Of a stretch of 64,000 nt of DNA, positions 1 to 11,336 are shown piece after piece. Position numbers and translations under genes: made by a program. Source of the DNA: Lepidodermella squamata (Eukaryota; Animalia; Gastrotricha); NCBI GenBank assembly GCA_047495785.1, contig JBLDXI010000042.1:5084001-5148000 (forward strand), written 5' to 3'. The notes beneath the pieces were generated by a model. It saw nothing but the letters and a program-made list of their open reading frames with translations. It searched no databases and had not been told where the DNA came from. How positions within the stretch are numbered: the first letter of the stretch is position 1; every line of letters starts with the position of its first letter.

Positions 1-881
1 CCAGCTAGAATTCTGACAATTTCCGCGTGTCTATTCTGAGCAGCAATGTGCAAGGGCGTCCAGCCATTATTATTAATAGCATTAACATCAGCTTTAAACT
101 CTCCCGCTACCATCCTGACGATTTCCGAGTTTCCATTCTGAGCAGCGATGTGCAACGGTTTCGACCCATTACTATTCGCAGCTTCGACGTTGCATTTAAA
201 TTGTCCAGCTAGAATTCTGACAATTTCAGCGTGCCCATTCTGAGCAGCGATGTGCAAGGGCGTCCAGCCATTATGATTAATAGCATTAACATCAGCTTTA
301 AACTCTCCCGCTACAATTCTGACGATTTCAGCGTGTCCATTCTGGGCAGCAATGTGCAGGGACGTCCAGCCATCCACCTCCGATGCCTCAACGTTGCAGT
401 GGAATTTTCCTGCTAACATCATGACGATATCAGCGTGTCCACTTTGAGCTGCGAAGTGCAATGGCGTCCATCCATCTTTCTCGCTGACGTCAACGTCGCA
501 ATGGAATTCACCTGCTAGCATCCTGACGATTTCAGCGTGACCACTTTGAGCTGCGATGTGCAATGGCGTCCACCCATTTTTCTCCTCGGCATTAACGTCG
601 CAATGGAATACACCTGCTATCATTCTGACGATCTTAGCGTGTCCATTCCGGGCAGCGATGTGCAACGGTGTCGAGCCATTCATGGTAGCCGTAGACAGCA
701 CATCAGCCTTGAACTTCATTACCAATAATTGAACAATGTCGTCATGTCCTTCTTGAGCGGCTAAACACAGCGGCGTTAGGCCGTCGTTGTTATTACAGTT
801 CACGTCAATCATTAAAGTTTCAGCCGACAACAGCAATTCGATTTCTTCGGTTTTGTGTTGCCTTATTAGGCGAAATAGCAA
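1..881 (-). CDS. Ankyrin-repeat exon of gene A (at least 8 repeats of about 34 aa, open to the window edge)
   Basis: Manual reverse-strand translation after acceptor tttag|881: LLFRLIRQHKTEE...DGLTPLCLAAQEGH...NGWTPLHIAAQNGHAEIVRILAG. No stop occurs before position 1, which explains its absence from the ORF track. Confidence 0.9.
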   Translation of the reverse strand, partial: MLFRLIRQHKTEEIELLLSAETLMIDVNCNNNDGLTPLCLAAQEGHDDIVQLLVMKFKADVLSTATMNGSTPLHIAARNGHAKIVRMIAGVFHCDVNAEEKNGWTPLHIAAQSGHAEIVRMLAGEFHCDVDVSEKDGWTPLHFAAQSGHADIVMMLAGKFHCNVEASEVDGWTSLHIAAQNGHAEIVRIVAGEFKADVNAINHNGWTPLHIAAQNGHAEIVRILAGQFKCNVEAANSNGSKPLHIAAQNGNSEIVRMVAGEFKADVNAINNNGWTPLHIAAQNRHAEIVRILA

Positions 882-934
882 CTAAATCAAATGGTAGCAC
901 ATTCATTGATAATCATAGAAAAATGTGATAATAC

Positions 935-3830
935 GTTTTCTTCTGGGTTCGGGTCGAGAAATGCAAGATCTCTATTGTGAGCTGTTTCCCTGAGTTCATT
1001 GAAGATTTTATCCGTGTTTTGTTCTGCATTAAGCAAATCCAGCGGTGGCACGCGATGCGAGCTGTTTTTTTCACGAACCATTCGTATGATGATGTTTCGG
1101 AATGCAAACGAATAACCACGAGAATCATCGAAGTCTTTCGGAGGATTGCTTCATAAGTAAGAAGGTAATTCACAAGGCTACATATTAAAAACTTCCATCA
1201 AAACTTACAGTATGATTGCCAGGGTAGAATCAAACTGTACAAATTATTTTCAATAAACTTGAATTCAAAGGAACAGAAATGTCTTACAGGCATGTAGAAA
1301 TTTGCTAATTCGAACAAAGTTACACCCAATGACCACCAGTCGCTTGCCTGAGAGTGATCTTTCCTCTCGAATAATTCCGGAGACTTGTAAAGATTTTCGC
1401 GACTCCCAACCTGTCGATGTTTCTCCCTTGGAGAGCTTTGCGGCACCAATATGACAGTATAGGAAATTGTCAATCCCAAATATCATTACCTTTCGTAAAT
1501 TTTTGCCAACCCGAAACCCCCCAGCTTGACAGACGAGCCGCCATAGAGAAATATATTCTTGGGCTCTATCGCACGATGAAGGATTTCGTTTTCGTGCAGC
1601 ATTGCCACAGCCGACGCAAGCTGCCGGGACCAATCCATCAGCAAATCTTCGGGAATAGGCCCGGCCGATTTCTTCATATAATCATTCAAATTTCCATCGG
1701 AGCAATATTCCATTACAAGATTGTAAATTGCGCCGACAGGACCCATCTCTTCAACAATTAAACCGTTGAAAATATTTTTTCTTCATAGAGATTTTGCGGC
1801 TGACTTACCATCGAATGTCCCGAAAACAGCTACAATGTTAGGGTGCGATAAATTTACTAGTTTCATATCGCTCCTTTTGCCCTATAAAGTAACTCTTCCC
1901 TTTTCCCCACCCATTTTCTGTTGAGAAGGCGAGTTTTTGCCTCATCGCTTAATGCATTATCGCGGCGCGCGGCAGTACTTTTATTGTAAGAATGCGCGGC
2001 TCGTTGCCTTGTATTCTGCAGAATGAATTCATTAGAAAAAGGGTTTATTGCAGTTGTATAGACCGCTTTGCAGAGAATTAAGCAATATATTCGCCAAAAA
2101 ACACTTTTTATGCAAGATAAATTCTCAGATTTTGTTAGTTTTCTCCTTGAAATTCGAAACTTTTGCGATTTTTTGGTTTTTTTCGTTTTCTTAGAATAAT
2201 GAAACCACCAGTTTCTGCCACCGTCAAGGTGTTTGAGAAGGACGTTGGCTTCGAGGAAGTCAAATCCTGGGTGAATAACAATTTCCCATTACTCAGAATA
2301 AAGTTTTCAGGACATTCGGCTGGCAAACGTTACGCATACTACAAATGCGAATATTTCATGAAGCATGGCTTCCTTAGGTGCACGGCGTCAGCGAAAGTCG
2401 TTGAGAACAGCGATGGATCTGTAGCTTTCGTTTCTCAAAATCCACAACATAACCATGAGCAAGATCCCAAAGCGACGAGCAGCAAGTTCTTGCGCATTGA
2501 CCGCACAGCTTCTGCTGTCGTGAACAATTTCCTCAAAGGCTCTAATCCGATTGTCGATCGAGAGCGGCTGCAGTCATCTATCGCACCAAGATACAGATCG
2601 ATGGGTCTGAAGAACCCGCCAGTGCCATCGATAAGTCAATTGAGAAAGGCAATAGCTACACAACGAAAAAAACAGAGAACGAGAAGGCGCCGATTGGAGC
2701 TCCATCAAAATAAGATCCAGATTCCGAACAGTACAGTAACAGTACGCGATACGGATTCCGAAAAACGCGAACCATCATTAACTGCTAACATCCTCTGCGT
2801 GGCATTTCTTGTTTACACCGGCTTTCGCCTCCTGAGCTAATGGGCGACTTCAAAAAAGCAAAGCCTCGAGAGCCCCTAGGGCAGTGACGCAAAACATGCT
2901 GCATGTTAGCATGTTACTTGCCTGTCGAACGTACGCATGCTTCGAGAATGAATCGTTTCAAATTTTTTGATCTGCGCATGACTTCCTGAGTATAGGCTAT
3001 CAATTATCCCCAATGTATCTCAATAAAAGTGCTTCAAGTTATCTTGAAGAGGCACCCGTCCAGTATTTGAAATAATTATGATTCTTGACACAATGCCATC
3101 GAAACCATACAACCCAATTGTGATTGACTGAGCGAGGAATATATTCAAAACTTAGCAGTCAAAACTTCAGTTTTCTGTTCAGCTGGCAAGGGAGTGCACT
3201 ACCGACTACCGAAGGCCTATTTGCCGTGAAACACCCATTGAAAACAACTTTCATTAGGAATTTATGATATTTTAGTTGACTTTCTGCAGAATACCGGGCA
3301 CCAACTGCAAGAAAGCCCGGTTTTTATGCAGAAAGTCTGAATTATTATGCAAGATAACCGCTGCCAAATTGCTCATCATGCATAAAAAATGGAGCGCACG
3401 TGCGATTTTATGCAAGATAACTTATTGATTGCTCGCATCTTATGCGAAATAGTAGGCAACAAGGGTAACGCTTCTGCCATACTTCTGCTGCCCGAGAAAA
3501 AAATTACGCCGCTCGCAAACATATGAATTACTACGGGGCTGTGCTCATACATAGGTTTTTGAAAACGTTCCCTTATAGGGCAAAAGGAGCGATATTCTAT
3601 ACGATAACATCTCAAAAAGGGAATTCTGAGGTATGATACGCAGCTTTACCTCGTCTCGACTTAATTTGATAAGCCGTTCGGCAAAATTAGGTTCTTTGTC
3701 ATAACACCGTTGAATCCGGCCGCGGTTGAAAGTCTTAACAACATAAATTGCGGCGTCTTTGTATCGACTGCACAGTATTGTCTTGCCGAAGGTACCAGCC
3801 TCCAACTCCTTTTCACGTTTGAACTTGTGG
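935..3830 (-). CDS. Pseudokinase domain PK3 of gene A (several exons, transposon inside)
   Basis: ORFs 3545-4108 (GTFGKT..VVK..SRDE), 1486-1746 (LVMEYC..LHRAIEPKN..KLGGFG), 1198-1479 (YKSPE..DWWSLG) and 887-1081, linked by short GT-AG introns. Confidence 0.8.
1869..3591. mobile_element. Non-autonomous TIR DNA transposon inserted in a kinase exon
   Basis: Perfect 19-bp TIRs CGCTCCTTTTGCCCTATAA (1869-1887 and 3573-3591) flanked by ATAT on both sides (1865-1868, 3592-3595). Removing the element restores the exon start NMKLVNLSHPNIV, with the same spacing as in the other three kinase domains. Confidence 0.9.
2199..2840 (+). CDS. Transposon-borne WRKY/FLYWCH (WRKY-GCM1 fold)-like zinc-finger protein with a basic tail
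   Basis: Intact intronless ORF with YYKC-x10-C...HNH, followed by RKKQRTRRRR; AATAAA near 3022. No DDE domain is visible. Confidence 0.65.
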   Translation: MKPPVSATVKVFEKDVGFEEVKSWVNNNFPLLRIKFSGHSAGKRYAYYKCEYFMKHGFLRCTASAKVVENSDGSVAFVSQNPQHNHEQDPKATSSKFLRIDRTASAVVNNFLKGSNPIVDRERLQSSIAPRYRSMGLKNPPVPSISQLRKAIATQRKKQRTRRRRLELHQNKIQIPNSTVTVRDTDSEKREPSLTANILCVAFLVYTGFRLLS

Positions 3831-5545
3831 ATTGAGGAAAACTCTAACTTTCTTGCTTCAGCCAAGGGCTCCTTAATTGCTATCGCCTGTCTGATGAATG
3901 GACTGCTCAGCAGAACAGCAGCCGTAGCTCTCTGGGATTTATCTTTAACGAGCATTGAAAGAACGAAGCATTGGTACTCCTCTGAATAGTATCGATCTGC
4001 GTCGAATGGTTTCGGGTCATTCCTAAAAAATAAAATTGCGTGCTTTTCCACAGTAGAGGCTGTATAATTCGAACCCCAGCAATGCGGACAGCGGGCTAGT
4101 CCGGACAATTTTAGGCCGACGGTCAGAGTTTACCTTATAATATGCGGACATCGCGCTTTTTAAGGGGGACAGCCCTTTAATGCGGACGCGCACTAATACG
4201 GCCAGTTTTCTAGCTAAGCACACACTGTCCATATGGGTATTTTAGGCTCTTTAATGCGGACACCGCGGACATCCCCTCCATGTCTCCGAGTGGGTTCAAG
4301 ATATTGCCACAAATCTTCACTCAGATAGCCTCAAGTTGCAAATTATGCGTAGAAACCACGCAAATCTAATCAAAGAGTTCGCTAATTAGAAAAGCAAACA
4401 GTATATACACCTGCGCGTAATTGTGGGCCTAATCCTGTCCGCTGAGGCCGTCGGAATATAGGGGATCGCCAAATGCGGACAGCGCGCTAATGCGGACAAA
4501 TTTTCCGCGACCGATGGTGTCAGAATTATACAGCTTCTACTGTATAATATGAGTTTATTGGATGAAAGGGCGGAAATGTTTGATTCGACACTCCAAACCT
4601 ACATCATAATGTCAGCTAGGCTCTCAAACTGAAAAAAATAAGAATTATTTCAAACGCTCATTAGCAATAGGTATCATTTGCTTACTGGCAAGTACAAATT
4701 TGCTAGCTCGAAGAAAGTAACGCCGAGTGACCACCAGTCACTCGCCTCTGAATTGCTCTTATTATGGAAAGTTTCAGGCGCCTTGTACATTGTTGTGCCA
4801 ATTCCAATCAATGAGCTGCTCGTCGACCTGTGAAGCATGGGATTCAAGCTTCTCTTACTGTGCTATGACTTTTATTAGAAATCACTCGCCTGCAGGGGGT
4901 CTAGCCAGGCCAAAATCGCCAATTTTAACAGTTCTCTCGTCCTCGCACAAAAATATGTTTTGCGGCTTAATGTCATGATGCAACACACCCTGACTGTGGA
5001 TCTTATCGACTGCTGACACCAACTGGCATGCCCAACCGTGCAAGAGCTCCTCATGTATTGTCTCGTTTGCTTCTGTTTTTCGTCTGATGTAACGACCCAA
5101 ATCACCATTTGCACAATACTCCATCGCCATATAGTATATTTCATCCCCTAAACGCCAATCGTAGAGCGCTTCATCCGGCTGCCCAAAGCGTTCTGTAGTG
5201 TGAAATTCAGCTTTTATATGCATCACGTACATTCCACCTACCTGAAAATGCGCCATAGATATCTACAATATTAGGGTGCTTCAATCTGCCTAATATTCTG
5301 TGCTGGATACAAAACAACAAAAAACTAATGAAATTGGAAACGCCCATAATGCTATGCCTCATCTCATCGCAGCTCAGCTTTATGATTTTCATCGCGCCTT
5401 CAGATTGGTAGCATCTCAGAATCTGGTTCAAATTGACAGCCTTCACGGCGCATTTAGCGAAATCATCTTTCCTTTGGCAAAGCCATATGCAGCCAAAAGA
5501 TCCCCTGCCCAACAAAGCGATTTTGGGATATTCGTGGATTGAGTG
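3830..5545 (-). CDS. NEK-like Ser/Thr kinase domain K2 of gene A, catalytic motifs intact
   Basis: GRGSFG, AVK, HPNIV, MEYCANGDL, HHDIKPQN, KIGDFGLA, YKAPE and DWWSLG across ORFs 5207-5899, 4882-5256 and 3545-4108 plus small exons. Confidence 0.85.
4051..4542. mobile_element. Tc1/mariner-type MITE, copy 1 (in a gene A intron)
   Basis: TIR CAGTAGARGCTGTATAATTC ... GAATTATACAGCTTCTACTG followed by TA; close copy at 10838-11336. Confidence 0.85.
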
Positions 5546-6224
5546 GTGGGTGGCTTTTGCGTCAACAGAACGGAGTTCCGGTTTCGCTCCTAGAATTTCG
5601 GCAATATTAGCGTGCCCTCTACGTAATGGAATACTAATCGGTGTCTCCCCATCCTTCCTCGCTAGTTGCGCTTTAGCTTCAAATTTCTTTGCCAAAACAT
5701 CGACTATATCAGCGTGCCCATTCTCAGCTGCAACGAACAGCGGCGTCTCGCCATTGTTTGCTGCTGCATTAACGCCAGCTTTAAAGTGGCCTGCAAGTAA
5801 TTCCACCAATTCAGTATGACCTTTTTCGGCGGCGAAGAAAATTGGAGTCCGACCATCCGCAGCCTTAGCCTCGATGTCAGCGATGTCAGCATTCCGCAAC
5901 TAATACTTCGATAATTTCGCTACGCCCGCATTTCGCCGCTATGTGCAACGCAGTTCTTCCGCAAAAGTCGACAACTTCAGGATCAGCATTGAACTTCCGA
6001 ATTAAGAGTCGCACAATGTCAACATAACCTTCTTGGCAGGCTATCATCAGAGCAGTGAGGCCTTCATCGTTGACGTTGTTGATATCAAAGTCGGGCTCCT
6101 TTTCAGTCAGGACTTCCTCTTTAATATTGTTGACATCGACCTCTGGCTCCTTGACATCGTTCAACAATCGAAGCAACGCTTCGATTTTTCCTTTATCACC
6201 CTGCCTCACCCATTTGAAAATTTC
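5546..6224 (-). CDS. First ankyrin block of gene A (5 repeats, frameshift near 5890)
   Basis: GLTALMIACQEG, GRTALHIAAKCG, GRTPIFFAAEKG, GETPLFVAAENG and GETPIS in ORFs 5886-6209 and 5207-5899. The frame changes at a duplicated GCTGACATC. Confidence 0.85.
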
Positions 6225-6277
6225 CTAATATAAACGAGGGATTGTTATTCAAACAGGTTTTTGCTGTCCCGACAAAC

Positions 6278-7807
6278 CTTGAGAGCATCGGCTTTGCTAA
6301 TGGAAGCAGTGCTCTCGACTGCTGTTGATTTTTGTTGCTCTCTTTGTTCCACCTCCGCCGTATTTTCCTCGAGGAACTTGCAGTGGTAGAGATCGACTGC
6401 GTCTGCCCTTTCCGAACGCTTCTTCGCCAACATTGAAAAGACGAAGTCGCGGTATTTCGGCGAATATTTCTGGTCAAAAGGTTTGGGTTCTTTCCTGTAT
6501 AGAGATCGAAATTGAGGTTGTCGAAGTATTATTCTTTTTCACACATTCTTGAAAACCAACATGGACCGCTCATCCAGATGGTAAGCAGCGGCCATTATAG
6601 CTACGGACCAAGATAGTTACTAAACGCAGGAGGGATACGTTAAACCCAACTGAATGCATTAAGGATCTATTGATAGGAGCTATGCTTTCCAAAGAATGCA
6701 GGCGTAATGTGACTCACTGAAAAATCTCAACAGTTGAGCTTTCATTATTGCTGAGATTTGCGCGCTACAGAAAGTAGAGGGGAGGAAGTACAGTGCTACG
6801 ATAAACCTACAAAATCCCGTTTAAACCCTAAAACTTACTTCATTATATCACGTGCAGAATCAAACTGTTAAATATTTTCTTGAAACAAGCTTTCCCATTA
6901 AATACAAAACGAACTGGTAATTCAAAGTGGGCCAACTCATATAAAGTAACACCAAGTGACCACCAATCACTTGCTTGAGAATAGACTTCAGAATTATACA
7001 GCTCCGGTGCTGAGTAACTAGGGAAGATGGCCCCCGAGTCTTCAACCGTCGGCGACAACCTGGCAAAGCAGGAGATTAATTCTGGTTGGAGGCGTCAATA
7101 ATCGGAAGATATACCGGTCTAAAATCGTGCTAAAACCAAAACCCCCAAGTTTGAGCATGCCTAGTTCGCTGCCATCGTTACATACGAACATGTTAGCCGG
7201 CTCAATATTTCGATGGAGCGCGCCCCATTAGTGAATAGCTGCAACAGCCGAGACCATTTGTCGAGCCCAGGTCTTGATCAAGTCCTCCGGAATTCGGTTA
7301 TTTTCAATCCGTCTCAGATTAATCAGTGCCTTGAGATCGCCCCCAGCACAGTACTCGGTCACTAAATAGTAGATGTTGTCGCCCAGCCTCGGCGGTCTCT
7401 CTCCAAGCTTCCAGCCTTCTAGGTCGCTTACTTCCTTTGAAATTCAGAAAACAGTTAAGCTTAAATAGCTCTTAATATTGAGCATTAACCTTCAAAAGCT
7501 CCGAATACACTGAGAACATGGGGGTGAGCCAACTTGAGGCACTTGATATGCTAAGATAAAAATAGAAGGTTTAAAAGATGCTAATCGAACATTTTCAAAC
7601 CTCTTCGCGAAGTAGCGAAACAAGTTTATTAGACAAACGCTCGTTGTCGCGATGTTTCCGACGAATTTCATCAAAATTGACTGCTTTTACTGTGAAGTCA
7701 GAGAATTCCCCATCACGCTTGCAAAGCCAACGCGAACCAAAAAGTCCCTTTCCCAATAGTTTAATTATGTTGAATTGAAGAGTCGAACAAAACTTGTCTT
7801 CCATCAA
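6278..7807 (-). pseudogene. Pseudokinase domain PK1 of gene A with a premature stop
   Basis: ORF 7595-7807 (GKGLFG..TVK), then exons reading LAHPHV and YYLVTEYCAGGDL..AAIH*WGALHRNIEPAN..KLGGFG, then ORF 6843-7058 (YSAPE..DWWSLG). Confidence 0.8.
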
Positions 7808-8169
7808 TCAAGCTAAACGCTAAGCATGTAAAATGTAAGCAACATAAATATTGAATGCCAATCTACGAACAATTATCTTGAATTAACTAATTAATTGAAT
7901 TAATTAGTTGTCTTGAAACGCTCAAAGCTCAACAGCACAGCCATGCATTATTTATATTTAAAAATTTTCATAGTAACATGATTCATATGTCCTACCGCTA
8001 TAAGCGATCCTCCCAAATGCCAATTGGTTTAACCCAAATGGCAATATGCCAAATATAGCGTTATAAGTCATATTGGGGTAACCCATTTGAAACAGTTGGT
8101 TGTCTATAACGATAACGCCTTGCACAATAACGCCTAATCAGCTCTATTCATTTTTCTATTCTATTTCAA

Positions 8170-9249
8170 ATGCCAAGAGCTTTACTGCCCCGTGACGCTG
8201 CTCAGAAGAAGCTGTTCATAACGGCTTGTTCTCAGGCTGGCACTATTGCAGGGTTATCTGCAGATGGTAAGCACAACATCAGACAGTTGTTCTGTGTCGC
8301 TGAAGGCAAGCTGAAATACCGAGAAGCTGAGAGGAGAGATGCGGATAACTGACATTTCTTGATCTGGGAAGGCTTTATCGCAGAAGATTGAATCTTGGAA
8401 GCTGAAGCTTAGGAAAGGAGAAGGTGTTTATCAGCTCAATTTCGGGCCCATATTAGTTTCGTCCGGCCCCCAAGCGTCGGTTGCGCAATTGGAGGATAAA
8501 AGTGGTTAGAGCTGTTTATCAGGTCATCGAGATTCTTTCGACATCGTTTACAGTCAGCGAAGAATTATTTGTTCAATTCGAGAATTATTTGAAGAATCGA
8601 ATTCTGAGAAAGAAATCTGTTAAGCGAAGGTTCGAATGAAAGCCGATCGCATAGATGGCGACTTGCGACTTCGTTTCTATCTCAAAGATGGATCGAACCA
8701 GCACTGATCCGAAAACTGTTTGGCGAAAGTCTTTTCTATCAAAAGCCACTTTTGGTACACGAGCAGGTATCATGGATGCTAATTTTGTCCTAAGCGAACT
8801 TTTCATCTATCGTGGTGCCGCTTTGGACATTGCGGAGTTCGAAACACCACAGAAAGAAAATACCAAAGAAGAAAGTTGCGTTGACTACGGCCCTTCGAGC
8901 TGTTGCTTCGTACGGGAGTGTTTGCAAATACCAGGGTGATTGTTCAGCCGACCGCTGTCCTTGCAAGAAAAACGGCTTCAAGTGTGCAAAAAACTGTCAC
9001 CCGGAGATGGCTTGCTTGGCACAGAAAACTGAAAAGAGAAGGCAGGCGTGGCGGCCGCGGCTGCCTTCGACGACGAGGAAGAGCAGCGGGAGGGATTTCG
9101 ATGCAAGACCGGATATGCATGCCCTCGACAAAGCGTTGCTTGTACCGCAACCATCAGAAGAAATGCGGATCGTCCTGTCTTTGCAGCACGAAAAACTTAT
9201 GTTTCAAGGAAAGTTGAAAACTTTGAGACCAGTGGACGTTGTCTTGTGA
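8170..9249 (+). pseudogene. Degenerate transposon-derived ORF resembling the C-terminal part of Ginger2/KRBA2-type integrase proteins
   Basis: Frameshifted pieces DRTSTDPKT..GTRAGIMD and the Cys-rich VCKYQGDCSADRCPCKKNGFKCAKNCH. Stops occur upstream and no catalytic core was recognised. The family call is from memory of the motif. Confidence 0.45.
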
Positions 9250-9312
9250 CTTGTGACGAATAAAAAGCTGGATTACAGGCAAGAAATTTAATAGAGAGTC
9301 AATAAGGTCATC

Positions 9313-10730
9313 GCTAGCTGCATCCGCGCGCTGGGTGCATAGAATTTGCTCGCTGCACCCGAGGGTGCAGGATTATAGCTAGTTACACCCGGAAGGTGCC
9401 CGAAAATAGCTGCGTGCACCCGCATCTGGGTGTGACCATTATGCTACGTACATTCGATAGGACGGTAATGAAATCACGGGTGCAGAGAGAAAAACCGCTA
9501 CACCCAATTGACTGCGCGCGGCGGCTAAAGAGCCATTCATTGCGCGCTAAGGAGTTAATGATCTGTCCGGTGCCGCTGATCAATGTTATCAGTTCAAGAG
9601 TCGAGGCCTTGAAGATAGAGCTGAAAGCGCAGGTCGATTTCCAGTGCGCAAACCGAAAGCAACATCAATAGGATTATGACGGTCGCGAGTTGGGCGCTAT
9701 ACCGCCGCCGCTACCTTTCGCTCGCGTTCATTACCACCAATAATCAATCTTCTCGAGCCGGTCTTCAGCGACATGAAAAATTACATCAATAACCTATTAC
9801 CGCCCGGCTTCCTGCCTTGAACTCGTGCCCCCTTTGCTTGATTTTCACCTGGAGATCAGTGTTTCCCTCGTGACCCGCAGAATGCACCATGACGGCTATG
9901 ATTGCACCCGCAGCGCCAGAGTCGGAGCGGAAAAGAAACAAAGAAATCGTAACCGCCAATCGTCGACTTCAAGGCCGGCTGCTCCACTTCCGGGTGCCCT
10001 ACTCCAACTGGGGTGACTGTAGGCAGTGGGGTGACTTTGACAATTGGAGGAATAGTAATTCCTAATTCCTATTCCCTCAATTCCTACTCTTTATTCATCT
10101 TCCTCCAATTCCCATTCTCTAATTCCTATTCCTCCAAGCTTTGACATGCCAAAATGGGGTGACTCTGGCATGCCTCGCGAAAGGAGTACCGAGTTGGATC
10201 GCCTGGAGGAAGGGCAATATAATAATGACATATGATTTCATATTCAATAAGTCGGCTTCGGTTTAGCCGTCACCGAAGTTTCAATTAATTCAATTAATTC
10301 AATTAATATAGAAATTGAAAAAATGCCGCGACTTTACATATTATGTCCTCTCCCAGAATGGGTTGTTATGATGCGCATTGTGCACATCCAGGCTGGCCTT
10401 TCCTTGGGCTATCCAACGGTACCCCACTCACGAGGTCCTTACCTTACCATCTTCGATTTTTGGAATGCCAAAGTCACCCATTCTGGCAAGTCAAAATGAC
10501 CCTATTGTGCAAAGCGCGCTAAGTCACCCCAGGTACGTAATCTCGCTAGCTCGCATTTTACCTTGTTTAATTACTTCTGTACACCTTGCCGCACCGACAG
10601 CCGGCTTTTTCCTAATTCCTTATTGTTTGTATATAGGGTGTAACGAGTCAAATCGTCGCACCCACACTAACGCGCGGTATAGGGTGTAGCTAGCAAATCG
10701 GATGCACCCGCGTGTGGGTGCAAATAGCAC
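9313..10730. mobile_element. Degenerate, nested inverted-repeat element(s)
   Basis: TGCACCC/GGGTGCA-type subterminal motifs in opposite orientation at 9313-9430 and 10635-10730; inner inverted pair at 10141-10174 and 10462-10494. Confidence 0.4.
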
Positions 10731-10837
10731 ACTAGAATTATTAAATTGCTTATCAAGTAGGTTTTTAGTGCAATTGTTCCTTAGGGTAACTCAATTGCCA
10801 ATTGGGGCCGATTGCTCATAACGGTACGACACATATA

Positions 10838-11336
10838 CAGTAGAAGCTGTATATTCCGAACCCCAGCAATGCGGACAGCTGGCTAGTCCGGACAATTTAA
10901 GACGGACAGAGTTTACCATATAATATGCGGGCATCGCGCTTGATAAGACGGACAGCCCCTTGATGCGGACGCGCACTAATACGGCCAGTTTTCTAGCTAC
11001 ATTCGCACTGTCCATGTGGGTATTTTAGGCTCTTTAATGCGAACAGCGCGGACATCCTCCAACTACGAGTCTCCGAGTGGGTGCTAGATCCGAGTAGGTC
11101 ACAAATCTTCATTTGCTTAGCCTCAAGTTGCAAATTATGCGTATAAACCACTCAAATCTAATTAAACAGCGCGCTAATTAGAAAAGTAAACAATACCTGC
11201 GCGTAAAAATGGGCCTAATCGTTTCCGCTAAGGCCGTTTCAGGGGGCGCCTCGGAATATAGGGGATCGCCCAATGCGGACAGCGCGCTAATGTGGACATA
11301 TTTTCCGATGGTGTCAGAATTATACAGCTTCTACTG
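10838..11336. mobile_element. Tc1/mariner-type MITE, copy 2
   Basis: TA|CAGTAGAAGCTGTATA ... TATACAGCTTCTACTG; colinear with 4051-4542. Confidence 0.85.

Larger units (their letters stand above)
1..7807 (-). pseudogene. Gene A: multi-exon NEK-like pseudokinase - ankyrin - kinase - pseudokinase - ankyrin gene, probably disabled; 3' end lies beyond the left edge
   Basis: Exons joined at homologous splice positions give PK1 (GKGLFG, TVK, HRNIEPAN, KLGGFG, YSAPE, DWWSLG), 5 ANK, K2 (GRGSFG, AVK, HHDIKPQN, DFG, YKAPE), PK3 (AGTFG, VVK, HRAIEPKN, KLGGFG, YKSPE), then at least 8 ANK. Lesions: in-frame TAA at 7228-7230, frameshift near 5890, lost donor at 5362, transposon at 1869-3591. Confidence 0.75.

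Noticed and set aside
27-728. Repetitive plus-strand ORFs 27-212, 231-416 and 537-728
   Set aside because: Antisense shadows of the minus-strand ankyrin exon.
4880-4890. Possible GC donor after ARPPAG in kinase K2
   Set aside because: The GT four bases further on gives the phase-2 junction shared by the other three kinase domains.
7228-7230. In-frame TAA as a sign of stop-codon reassignment
   Set aside because: TAA ends several intact genes in this window (ERp44-like copies, peptide precursors), and the same gene has other lesions.
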